Positions 35,890-45,052 of a DNA stretch of 64,000 bases are shown here, piece after piece. Within the stretch, counting starts at the first letter, position 1. Every line of letters begins with the position of its first letter. Under the pieces are notes generated by a model. That model was given only the letters and a program-made list of their open reading frames with translations. It ran no database searches and had not been told where the DNA came from. The position numbers and the translations under genes were made by a program. The stretch is from Bacteroidota bacterium (GTDB lineage: Bacteria; Bacteroidota; Ignavibacteria; UBA10030): positions 3,242 through 67,241 of the forward strand of contig JBBDYD010000191.1 in assembly GCA_040901865.1 (NCBI GenBank), given 5' to 3'.

Positions 35890-37160
35890 TGATACGAGGC
35901 ATTTTCATAGGACTTCTGCTGGCTGGAAGCATTGTTTTCCTTCAGGGTCAAACGAAACTCCTGATTCCGATGGATGGCGGGCAAACCGACCATTTGAAAT
36001 CATATGGTGTGGCTTTCTGGCTCCTGGAACGCGGGGGCACGGTTGATTGGCTCCTCAATCATCGTGGGGGCTCGTTTCTGATGGACTACAGCGAGATTCT
36101 CGCGCGCGAATGCAGAGTACGGGCTGTGGGATTCGAGGAGATCGGAGCAGGACAGGCTGCTGTGATCCTTGCCGAGGTACAGCGCGATGACGCCAACACG
36201 GATATTGTGCGTCTGGAAAAAGCTCCCAGGATTGCTGTCTATGTTCCGCCGAATTTCAAACCCTGGGACGACGCCGTGACACTCGCGTTAGAATATGCCG
36301 AAATTCCCTATACGAAGGTTTGGGATGAGGAAGTACTTTCCGGCAAGTTGGCCGACTACGACTGGCTCCATTTGCACCATGAGGACTTTACCGGGCAATA
36401 CGGAAAATTCTATGCAAACTACCGGCATGCACAATGGTACATTCAGCAGCAAATGTTGTATGAGCGTGAAGCGAAGCGGCTTGGTTTTAGAAAAGTTTCC
36501 GATGAAAAGAAAGCCGTTGCACGGGCGATCAGGGAATATCTCGGTCAGGGTGGATTCATGTTTGCCATGTGCTCAGCTACCGACAGCTACGATATTGCCC
36601 TCGCAGCAGAGGGAGTTGACATTTGCGATGTCATGTTCGACGGTGACCCGCCCGACAGGGATGCGACGAGTCGGTTGGATTTCACCAAAACTCTCGCATT
36701 CGAGGGATTTGCGCTGGACAGGAATCCCCTGCGCTATGAGTATTCCGACATCGACATTCCTTCGAGTGACCCACCTCCGTTACGTGATCCAGGAACGGAT
36801 TATTTTACCCTGTTTGAATTTTCAGCCAAGTACGATCCTGTCCCAACGATGCTCACACAGAATCATGTGAACATGGTCAAGGGGTTTATGGGTCAAACAA
36901 CAGCATTTCGGAAGTCCCTGATTAAAAGAACGGTTGTGCTGCTGGCGGAGAGGGAGGGAACGGAAGAAGTAAAATATCTCCATGGGAATTTTGGACGAGG
37001 GACATTTACCTGGTACGGAGGTCACGACCCCGAAGATTACCAGCACGCGGTTGGTGATCCCCCGACGGATCTCAATCTCTACCGGAATTCACCGGGCTAT
37101 CGTTTGATCCTCAATAATGTACTGTTTCCAGCAGCAAAGAAGAAACAGCAGAAAACGTAG
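35889..37160 (+). CDS. Secreted conserved-looking protein, function unknown
   Basis: 423 aa. 1-nt TGATG overlap with the TPR gene. Signal peptide MIRGIFIGLLLAGSIVFLQGQ. No motif I can assign. Confidence 0.7.
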   Translation: MIRGIFIGLLLAGSIVFLQGQTKLLIPMDGGQTDHLKSYGVAFWLLERGGTVDWLLNHRGGSFLMDYSEILARECRVRAVGFEEIGAGQAAVILAEVQRDDANTDIVRLEKAPRIAVYVPPNFKPWDDAVTLALEYAEIPYTKVWDEEVLSGKLADYDWLHLHHEDFTGQYGKFYANYRHAQWYIQQQMLYEREAKRLGFRKVSDEKKAVARAIREYLGQGGFMFAMCSATDSYDIALAAEGVDICDVMFDGDPPDRDATSRLDFTKTLAFEGFALDRNPLRYEYSDIDIPSSDPPPLRDPGTDYFTLFEFSAKYDPVPTMLTQNHVNMVKGFMGQTTAFRKSLIKRTVVLLAEREGTEEVKYLHGNFGRGTFTWYGGHDPEDYQHAVGDPPTDLNLYRNSPGYRLILNNVLFPAAKKKQQKT

Positions 37161-37189
37161 ATAACCGTTTGGTGGTGCAGCACAAAAGG

Positions 37190-37227
37190 AAGGGCCGGCT
37201 CTTGAAGGAGGAAGAGAGCCGGCCCTT
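37190..37227. terminator. Bidirectional terminator hairpin between convergent operons
   Basis: 13-bp GC-rich stem pairs 37190-37202 with 37215-37227, with a 12-nt loop. T-rich sequence follows on both strands. Confidence 0.7.
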
Positions 37228-37248
37228 GGTGTTTCTGCTTCAGGCAGG

Positions 37249-38289
37249 TTACAGCCCAAGCTTTACAGCAACGACATGATTATCATCGAAGAACTCTGTT
37301 GCCCGAAAGGCATAGTCCACGGCGATACTCATGGTTGGGCTCAAGCTGAATTGAACGCCTGCCCCTGCCGTGTACGTGAACAGCGCTTCATCCGTCGGCA
37401 GGTCCGGAGAAAGGGCATAACCGGCCCTGAGGAAGAACATATTGTTGTAGGACCACTCACCGCCGATCCTGAAATCGTCATACGAGAAATTCTGATGTAC
37501 AAATGTTCCCGTGATCACGAAGTGCGATTGTTCCATCATGGGAATCTCGTACGACGATCCGAATTCAAGCGTCGATGGGAGGTCGAACTCCTGTGACGTG
37601 ATCCGGAGAGGCCTTGGCTGTGTACCTGGCTCCGTACCGGGAAGCTGAACAGACTGCTCCAGGTCCGGTCCGTCATATCTCATGCTCGGACCGAAATTCT
37701 TCATGACCACGCCGAATTTGAAACCCCGCAGCCCGGTCTGATATTGCAGACCCAGATCGAAGGCCAGGCCGGTTGCTGATTCTCTCATGATCGTCTCGGT
37801 CACAACTTTCATGGTGACGCCAAACGCGATCCGGTCGGTCATCATCTTGGAGAAGTTGAGTCCGAGGGTCATGAAATTGGGGGAATACGTCTCTCCCGTG
37901 CCATCGGGAAAATCATTGGTCGTAATGATAATGTCGCCGAAGTTGATCGTCTGGATGCTGAACCCCAGCGTTCCAAACTCACCGAGTTTCGCAGCAACGC
38001 CCGCGTATTCGACTTTAATATCCGCCAGGTAATTCATGTGGGCGAACATTGCCTCGGCAGAATTCGCTATGTTCGCCGCTCCTGCGGGATTCCAATACAG
38101 AGCTTCCACGCCCTGGATCCCCGAAACGTATGACCCTGCAAGGCCTATACCGCGGGCTCCGAGCGGAATTAAAAGCTCCTGCGCACCGGCCGTGCCCTTT
38201 CGTCGTCCGGATCCTGCGTCGGCCTGGGTAAACCCGACCAGCAACCCGAGGAGGAGCACCCAGATGGTGGTTGATTGTAATGTCTTCAT
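37249..38289 (-). CDS. PorV/PorQ-family outer membrane beta-barrel (T9SS-associated)
   Basis: 346 aa from ATG 38289, with an AGGAG RBS 7 nt upstream. Signal peptide, then the PorV-like N-terminal motif ELLIPLGARGIGLAGSY....EALYWNPAG. Beta-barrel pattern ending AVKLGL. Confidence 0.75.
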   Translation of the reverse strand: MKTLQSTTIWVLLLGLLVGFTQADAGSGRRKGTAGAQELLIPLGARGIGLAGSYVSGIQGVEALYWNPAGAANIANSAEAMFAHMNYLADIKVEYAGVAAKLGEFGTLGFSIQTINFGDIIITTNDFPDGTGETYSPNFMTLGLNFSKMMTDRIAFGVTMKVVTETIMRESATGLAFDLGLQYQTGLRGFKFGVVMKNFGPSMRYDGPDLEQSVQLPGTEPGTQPRPLRITSQEFDLPSTLEFGSSYEIPMMEQSHFVITGTFVHQNFSYDDFRIGGEWSYNNMFFLRAGYALSPDLPTDEALFTYTAGAGVQFSLSPTMSIAVDYAFRATEFFDDNHVVAVKLGL

Positions 38290-38332
38290 GATATACTCCT
38301 TTGGTTCTTTCATGTTCAAACGTTGTAAGAAC

Positions 38333-38358
38333 GCCGGAGAAGCGGAGGCCTCTCCGGC
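38333..38358 (-). promoter_or_regulatory. Intercistronic hairpin between the T9SS cargo gene and the PorV-like gene
   Basis: 8-bp stem GCCGGAGA/TCTCCGGC with a 10-nt loop. Starts 7 nt after the cargo stop codon on the minus-strand transcript. Confidence 0.4.
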
Positions 38359-38365
38359 GGAACTC

Positions 38366-41300
38366 TTACAGCCGATCCAGCCGCTCCTCGGGCTGGATCA
38401 CTCCAAGCTTGAGGATCTTTGAACCAATACCCTCAATTTCAATATGCACAAGATACATACCGCTGGCCACGGGAATTCCGTCGGTGTTTCGAAGGTCCCA
38501 TCGCTCGAATGTTGATCCTACGGCATGTTCGATCTGGTGCACGAGAACCCCGGCAAGTGAGAAAATGCGGATCTTCGTTTTTTCCTGTTGTGGGAGCCGG
38601 GTGAAAGTGACGAAACGGTTCAAAGGATCCCTTTCCATTGTCTGAGCGCCGAAGTACGGATTCGGAAACACGTTGATCATTTCGACGTCGGCCTTTGCCT
38701 GCGTGGTGCTGACAGAAGGCTGCAGGCCGCTTGTTGAGAATGTAAAGCGGTCATTTTGAGAATTGACGAAATTCGGTGTTACTGTCAAGATTTGCCCATC
38801 CTGCCAGTCAATCGTATAGCCTGTCCGAAGGAGGGGCCACCATCCGTAGAGGATGTCGAAATCGTCGTTCAGCAAGTTCTTCGACGTGTAGGCCGGATCA
38901 GGAGTAGCGCCGCTGTAGGTGCTGTTCAGAATGAACATATACTCCCGGTCTGACGAAGCAGTTGTCGGACCCCAGAGCGCATCAGCCGCCGGGCCTGCGT
39001 TTTGCTCGACATAGACAACATTCAGCTGACGGGCAGGGCTTGAAGTAACATCCCAGACCTCGAAATGTTGTTGCGTGTAATCCACATATCCGTAGCTGGG
39101 AGTACCTCCCCGGACATACCGATAGGCCCTTTGACCATCGGCATTCGTTCGGAAGCGGATTTCAATCGTGACGAACTGGTCGGGAGTGCAGGTACCGCCC
39201 CAGAAGTTCGGTCCCGTGCCGAAACCACCACCGAGGATATCGCCGCCCCAGTTAACCCCGTTGAACCATCGCGTTCCTCCTGCGAACGTGTATTCCTTCA
39301 CAACGGGCGCGGGGCCGACTACTTTCATCTGGAGGCCATCGGCGATCAAGTGCATGCCATCCCCGGTCTGATTGTCCTGGTCTTCAATAACCGGAGTGGC
39401 CGTGGTCAGATCCTGAAGAGTCCAAAGGAATCCGCCGGAACCTGCATCGAACGCAAACGAGACTTCGTAATTATGGCCTGTGACTTTCGTCGGATCGATG
39501 ACAAGTGCGTAGGCGTTTCCATCACTCGATCCGATATGCACCGTTTTGATCGTGTCGCCCGAGGCGCTGTTCCACCGGGTGCCGGGAGATGCCGCATGCG
39601 GCCGCGCGGTGACGATGCTTTGAGCGCTCTTCAGCATTCTGGGGACACCCCAGGAATTGTATGCATAGGAGGCTATGACAAAGTAATACGGGTTGCCATT
39701 GACAAGGGGAAGCCCTGAAATAGCATCCATCTTTGTCGAAAACCGATGCTGAAGTCCCGAGTTCGTGCCTTTGACAACGGTCACTTCCACGTTCTCGCCG
39801 TACGCAGGATCATACTTGAAGTCCTTGATATCCAGGACCAGATTATCCAGGTCGTAGGTGGCAAGGGTTCTTATGACGGTCGGTGCCGACGGATGATCGA
39901 CCTGATACACTACGTATCCCTCGAAATCATACGAGGTTGGCAGGCCGGTTGATGTGTCGACCTTGATCAGATCGGCCGCTGTATAGGTTTCTGCATTGTC
40001 TTCCCACACCAGCACCACTTCACGATCAAGCTCGGTGAGCGTCGTCGTCGGGACCGGAGGCGAAGGAGGCAGAGCAAAGTTGATATCGTAAGCGGTTTGT
40101 GCGCTCTTGTCAACTTCTTTGAGCACAGCAACACTGCTCTTGTTGTTGCCGCCTGTTGCGATCAGCACCCCAAACACCACTTCCTGCGTATCACCCGGGG
40201 AAAACATGAACGGTCCGGAGGACATCAAGAAGCGGCGGTCACCGGGAGCCCGTACTGTTGGGCTGGATTCACTCCATCCGGATCCCGTTACAGGATCGCC
40301 CGGAAAAACGAACCGGGTGGGCTGGGAGGTCATTGGATTGATGAACGGAGACCCATCCTGATATCTGCCCGTCATGTAATTGAATGCCTCTTCTGCATTC
40401 TCAGGATCTCTCTGGGGGAATGTCGATCCGTTGATGTAGTAGGCAAACGCGAACATCGGAAGATTTTTGAAATCTGGAATCTTCCGTCCAGAAACCAGCG
40501 CTGTATCACCGACAGACGGAACGATTGGGCCTTGGAAGAAGTCGCGACCGATGGCCGGAGGCGGTGATCCATAGGTGAGGTCGTTGTTATCGGCATTCCA
40601 GCAATAGCCAAGGCTCAGCGTGGTATCGCAGCCGACATAATCATCGCCCGCGTCGCCGAGATCCGGATCGTCCCAAAGGGCGATGAAGGTGGAATCAACC
40701 GCGGTTGTGCCTTTGTGAATGATCTTTGCTTTCACAAACATCATGTCGCCGAAGGCATCGGGGCGGTCATATCCCCACGCCGTGAACTGAACTTCGATGC
40801 CCAGCGGCAAAGTGCTGAAGATATTTGCATGCAGGGCTGCATCCATGTCATTGAACACGCACCACATGGTGATATCGCCCATTAACAGAGGATTTCCCGC
40901 GGAATCCACAGGTGCACCGTCGGCAACAGGCCAATTGAGATAGTCATCGCCGGGATTCAAGAGATCCGCGCGCGTGATTTTGTACCATCGATACTGAGGA
41001 AGCGACGCATCATCAGCCACGCCCGACGGAAGGATCTTTCCGGGTGTGAATTCCGAAGCGTATTCCGCAGCAGCGGTCCGGAACTGGCCGCTGACCTTCC
41101 CTGCAACCCAGATTCCCGCGGCATAGTCGATGAGCTTGAATGTTCCTTTGGGCCATTCCATGCCGGAGTTTCCGGTAACGACCTGACTCACATACTGGCC
41201 GTTGTTTCCCATGATGCTATTGATGCGGTTCCCGTCGAAGTTTTGATATTCGAGGGTTGCCGTCTTGCCCAGCCGGGTGACCGGCTTCCGGCCCTTCCTG

Positions 41301-41383
41301 TCACCGCCATCGGCGATAACAAGACCGAACACGAGAAGCAGAATAACGCCCAGTGCCAGGCGATGATTCATGATCTGTTTCAT
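38366..41383 (-). CDS. Large secreted protein of unknown function carrying a T9SS type-A C-terminal sorting domain
   Basis: 1005 aa with an AAGGAG RBS and a signal peptide. The C-terminal ~90 aa match the Por_Secre_tail pattern (VFPNPY...KIRIFSLAGVLV...ASGMYLVHIE...KILKLGVI). No catalytic motif is recognisable. Confidence 0.85.
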   Translation of the reverse strand: MKQIMNHRLALGVILLLVFGLVIADGGDRKGRKPVTRLGKTATLEYQNFDGNRINSIMGNNGQYVSQVVTGNSGMEWPKGTFKLIDYAAGIWVAGKVSGQFRTAAAEYASEFTPGKILPSGVADDASLPQYRWYKITRADLLNPGDDYLNWPVADGAPVDSAGNPLLMGDITMWCVFNDMDAALHANIFSTLPLGIEVQFTAWGYDRPDAFGDMMFVKAKIIHKGTTAVDSTFIALWDDPDLGDAGDDYVGCDTTLSLGYCWNADNNDLTYGSPPPAIGRDFFQGPIVPSVGDTALVSGRKIPDFKNLPMFAFAYYINGSTFPQRDPENAEEAFNYMTGRYQDGSPFINPMTSQPTRFVFPGDPVTGSGWSESSPTVRAPGDRRFLMSSGPFMFSPGDTQEVVFGVLIATGGNNKSSVAVLKEVDKSAQTAYDINFALPPSPPVPTTTLTELDREVVLVWEDNAETYTAADLIKVDTSTGLPTSYDFEGYVVYQVDHPSAPTVIRTLATYDLDNLVLDIKDFKYDPAYGENVEVTVVKGTNSGLQHRFSTKMDAISGLPLVNGNPYYFVIASYAYNSWGVPRMLKSAQSIVTARPHAASPGTRWNSASGDTIKTVHIGSSDGNAYALVIDPTKVTGHNYEVSFAFDAGSGGFLWTLQDLTTATPVIEDQDNQTGDGMHLIADGLQMKVVGPAPVVKEYTFAGGTRWFNGVNWGGDILGGGFGTGPNFWGGTCTPDQFVTIEIRFRTNADGQRAYRYVRGGTPSYGYVDYTQQHFEVWDVTSSPARQLNVVYVEQNAGPAADALWGPTTASSDREYMFILNSTYSGATPDPAYTSKNLLNDDFDILYGWWPLLRTGYTIDWQDGQILTVTPNFVNSQNDRFTFSTSGLQPSVSTTQAKADVEMINVFPNPYFGAQTMERDPLNRFVTFTRLPQQEKTKIRIFSLAGVLVHQIEHAVGSTFERWDLRNTDGIPVASGMYLVHIEIEGIGSKILKLGVIQPEERLDRL

Positions 41384-41432
41384 TGTGTGATCTCCTTAGC
41401 AAATCCGAATGATGTCATTCCATGCGTGACCA

Positions 41433-44258
41433 TCACAGGTCAACTCGCACGCCGAGGCGCATTTGCCGGGGTGTTCCCCAGTTTCCGGGAGTTCCGAGGC
41501 GGTATCGATATCCATCCACCGCTTCCTGTCCCTCTGCGGCCGCGTACGCCTGGCCGTCCGTTGTTCTGAAATATCCGTCATCATCCGGCAGGCCGGTTTG
41601 ATTGTAGACAAACGTGACGTTCTTCGCGTTGGTCAGATTCAGCATCCACAGGTAGATATTCAGATTCGTGGTGCCAAAGGTGAAGGTTTTGTCGATCTTC
41701 AGATCGAGCTGGAAGTTCCAGGGCGAGTACGATTGATTCATCGCCGCTACCGGTTGTTCCCAGCCGGGTCCAAAAAGAATCGTTGTGGCACGTGCAGGGG
41801 TGTAGGGTCGCCCGCTTCCAAAGGTCAACAACAGATTTGCACCAACCTGCTCGAGGGGCTTCATATCAAACATGGTTGGCCCGTCTCCGACTTCTGTACG
41901 GAAGTCGAAGTTGATGCTGCCGGTATGTCGCTGATCGAAATCCAGGGGCGACACGTAGGTCGGAAAGTTCGTTCCGAGCCATGCGATATTAAAGTTCGTA
42001 TTTGCGGCGGAACCCGTTCCCGAGGCATATTGCAGTGTGTAGTTGACCGTTGCAGAGACCCGGTTGGTGCGGCGAAGCGCGAACGCCAGGGTGAGTCCCT
42101 TGACCGTCCCGAAGTCACCGTTGGTGAATTGAGCATACGACACCGGAGTTGCAAACACCGTGCGAAGCTGAACGAGATCGCTGATGTCTTTGTAGTAGGT
42201 CGTAATGTCAAGACTCGCGTTCTGCCCGAGCTGCTGACTGAACCCGATCTCATATGTGATTGTCTTCTCGGGTTTCAGACTTGGATTTCCTACCGTCACG
42301 AAGTTTCCGGCGGTCAGTTGCTGTACTAACTGCGTGGTGCTGGTATAGAGCCTGTTCAACTCGACATGCTGAATAAAATGCCCGTACTGCGCATGGAAGA
42401 CCGTTTGATCTGTGACGGGGAAGGAGAAACCGAACCTGGGGCTGATGGTGGTGCTTGCTTCACCTGCCTCATAGTTGTCTTCCGCAATTGTCTGGTAGTT
42501 TCCTGCCGAGACTATGCGAATATTGGTCGGATCCTTCAAACGATCCACGTTAGCGTTGATGTAATCCCACCGCAATCCGATGTTCAGAACGAGGTCCGGG
42601 AGCTCGATCTTGTCCTGGGCATAGATGGCAGCGATGATGGGATGAGGTGCGCTGTTACGACTGCCGTCGTCAAGGAACGTTTTGCGTCCTTTGGCAACAC
42701 CATCCACCGCCATACCGATATTGTCGGTGTAAGCATTCCGGAGGAGCTCCTCGCGGGTGAATGTCGGACTGGTGGATTGAACCTGTGCGAACCGCGCGGT
42801 GGAGGTCGTCCAGTACCGAATCGTGTTGTATCGATATTCGCCGCCGACCTTCAGGAGATTCGTCTGGTCAAACTGATGGGTGAAATCGACCTTTGCACTG
42901 AGGTAGGAAGACCGATTGTAGGTGTAACCGAAATTGACGAATCCCGGCCCGGCAAAAAGATTGTGAAACAGATTTGCAGGGTTGCGGCCTGGTCCGCTGA
43001 GGACAGGATTCTTTGTAGTATCTCCATACGATTCTATGTCGTCGAACCATATGGGATCACCCTGTTCCGTTTCGGTCTGAAACCAGCTCGCCATGACACT
43101 GTAGAATGTGGAGGCACCCAGCGTGTGTGTTGCCTTGCCGTAATAGGCATGGGTCGCGCGCTCACGCTCTTGATTCCGGTCGGCATTGTAAACGGAGTTA
43201 TACTGGCTGAAGACGCGATCATTCAGGAAATTGGTGAACCCGCCTACTCTGATGTTCATGGGTTTGTAATCCCAAATGAGGTTGGAATTCAACGTAAATT
43301 CTTTGGAAGTATTATCGGGGAGATAATACTTCCGCCCTACTGTTGGGCTTCCATCAAGTGCATAGGTGTACTCAGACCCGATGTGGAATCGCAGCGATTG
43401 ACCGGCAAAAGGAATTGGTCCGCCTGCGGAAACGTGGAACGTCGATGTTCCGTACGAACGGAAACCATTCGGTCCCTGCAACCCATCTTTGATGCGCTGC
43501 ATTGGGTTGGATGACGCTTCCCGGTGGTAGAACATCTCGTCCGAGATCACGCCCAGCGAAAGAGTATACTTGGCGGTTCCGCCTTTGGTGGTAGCGCTGA
43601 CGAGACCCGCATTGGCAAACCCGTACTCGGCGCTGAATCCGCCTGCCTGGTAGGTCACCTCTTCGATGGATTCATTGACCACCGCTCCTGCGTTGGCGCT
43701 GTTGAACTGATTGTTCACGATCATGCCGTCAATAAAATAGGCCACTTCGTCGGATCGGCCGCCGCGGACATACAGACTGTTGCCAAGTTTCACGATTCCC
43801 GGCTGAAGAGCAATAACGTCCAGGTAACCGCGGGTCGGAATGTTCTTTATGTCTTCCGCACGCACGGTCATGATGGCGTTGGTCGCGTTCTTATTGACGA
43901 GAGGCCTGTCGGCAACGATCTCGATCTCGGGAACCGCGATGACTTCACTCGCAAGCGGGACGTTGAGTTCCGTCGTCAATTCCGAAGTAACAATGAGGTT
44001 GCTGATATTCACCGTCTGGTAACCGATGAAACTCACGCGCAGCGTATAACTTCCGGGCCGCACGTTCAGAATGAAATAATTCCCGTCAATGTCTGTGGCG
44101 GATCCTAACGTCGTCCCCACGATAATGACATTGGCGCCGATGAGAGCTTCACCGGACTGGGAATCTGTGACCTTGCCTGCGATCTTTCCCGACCCCTGCG
44201 CAAGCGCAAGCGAGGTGCAGAGAATGGCAAGAGAAAGAATGGAAAGGAAACGGTTCAT
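41433..44258 (-). CDS. TonB-dependent receptor with an N-terminal CarboxypepD_reg-like domain (SusC-like architecture)
   Basis: 941 aa from ATG 44258, with an AGGAAGGA RBS. Signal peptide, GKIAGKVTDSQSGEALIGANV...TDIDGNYFILNVRPGSYTLRVSFIGY, a plug domain (YVRGGRSDEVAYFIDGM...GGFSAEYG) and a large barrel. Confidence 0.9.
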   Translation of the reverse strand: MNRFLSILSLAILCTSLALAQGSGKIAGKVTDSQSGEALIGANVIIVGTTLGSATDIDGNYFILNVRPGSYTLRVSFIGYQTVNISNLIVTSELTTELNVPLASEVIAVPEIEIVADRPLVNKNATNAIMTVRAEDIKNIPTRGYLDVIALQPGIVKLGNSLYVRGGRSDEVAYFIDGMIVNNQFNSANAGAVVNESIEEVTYQAGGFSAEYGFANAGLVSATTKGGTAKYTLSLGVISDEMFYHREASSNPMQRIKDGLQGPNGFRSYGTSTFHVSAGGPIPFAGQSLRFHIGSEYTYALDGSPTVGRKYYLPDNTSKEFTLNSNLIWDYKPMNIRVGGFTNFLNDRVFSQYNSVYNADRNQERERATHAYYGKATHTLGASTFYSVMASWFQTETEQGDPIWFDDIESYGDTTKNPVLSGPGRNPANLFHNLFAGPGFVNFGYTYNRSSYLSAKVDFTHQFDQTNLLKVGGEYRYNTIRYWTTSTARFAQVQSTSPTFTREELLRNAYTDNIGMAVDGVAKGRKTFLDDGSRNSAPHPIIAAIYAQDKIELPDLVLNIGLRWDYINANVDRLKDPTNIRIVSAGNYQTIAEDNYEAGEASTTISPRFGFSFPVTDQTVFHAQYGHFIQHVELNRLYTSTTQLVQQLTAGNFVTVGNPSLKPEKTITYEIGFSQQLGQNASLDITTYYKDISDLVQLRTVFATPVSYAQFTNGDFGTVKGLTLAFALRRTNRVSATVNYTLQYASGTGSAANTNFNIAWLGTNFPTYVSPLDFDQRHTGSINFDFRTEVGDGPTMFDMKPLEQVGANLLLTFGSGRPYTPARATTILFGPGWEQPVAAMNQSYSPWNFQLDLKIDKTFTFGTTNLNIYLWMLNLTNAKNVTFVYNQTGLPDDDGYFRTTDGQAYAAAEGQEAVDGYRYRLGTPGNWGTPRQMRLGVRVDL

Positions 44259-44661
44259 GGTGATATCCTTCCTGGGTGATGAGAAACAAATAAATTCGTT
44301 GACATTGTACCTGTCCTGCCGTTTGTCCGTATCGGAAAGCAGAAAAACAGGAATCATTTGCAATGATTGATGAAAGAAGGATGATGCGCGCTTGTCGTAA
44401 CAACATCCGTACCCTTCGCTGATTGTTGAAAGGGCGGATTTTCAATGGAAATCGACTCCGCAAAAAATCGGATTGTAAGTTTCGAGAATGGCCGCATGAA
44501 CATTTCTTTTCATAATTTAATACCGCCTCCTGTTTTCGCATTCCAATTTGTGACGAGGCACAGTTGAGTGTGATGAACGGAGCGAGTCAGCAAAGATTCT
44601 CGGAATGGTTACATTCATTGTGTAGAAAAAATGAATAGTTCTGCACCTTATCCCGTGACAA

Positions 44662-44883
44662 ATGGTTAAATACGCAACGCGTAAAGAACTTCTCAAGTTT
44701 GATAAAGACTGTCCCGTGGAATTCCCTCCTAATTTGATGTACCTTTCAAAATTGGACAACCATCGTGACCCCCTCCTTGGAGGCTTCCGCAAAACCAGCG
44801 AGGTGATCATGTGGAAACGTAATCAGGTAGTCATGTGGGTTGAGGTTGAGTCTCTCGACTATTCGATGATCTACAATCAGTGA
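44662..44883 (+). CDS. Possible small protein (73 aa) in the long divergent intergenic region
   Basis: Balanced composition, while the antisense frame is Arg/Ser-rich and shadow-like. No obvious RBS and no family recognised. Confidence 0.3.
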   Translation: MVKYATRKELLKFDKDCPVEFPPNLMYLSKLDNHRDPLLGGFRKTSEVIMWKRNQVVMWVEVESLDYSMIYNQ

Positions 44884-45052
44884 TTCCATGGTTATTTTCT
44901 TACTATTCACCACGCCTTTCATCTGTCCAGTCTTTACTTTTCGGGAAGATTTGTCTATGCTCAGGAGAGGCGATGATTTTTTGAACAGCCTGCCGCAACT
45001 GAACCCCGAAACATCCGTAAACTCATTGTCTATTTTTTTCAGAGGAGATTGT

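Noticed and set aside
41463-43514. Two long + strand ORFs (288 and 382 aa)
   Set aside because: They are antisense to the TonB-dependent receptor gene. Their composition is Arg/Gly-rich and low-complexity, and no RBS or family signal is present.
44352-44368. Reading the inverted repeat AATCATT-TGC-AATGATT as a Fur box
   Set aside because: It shares only ATCATT/AATGAT hexamers with the 19-bp Fur consensus GATAATGATAATCATTATC, and the half-site arrangement differs. It is kept only as an unassigned inverted repeat.
44517-44810. 97-aa minus-strand ORF in the long intergenic region
   Set aside because: Its composition is Arg/Ser-rich and low-complexity. It is antisense to the more protein-like 73-aa + strand ORF. 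No start context is visible.
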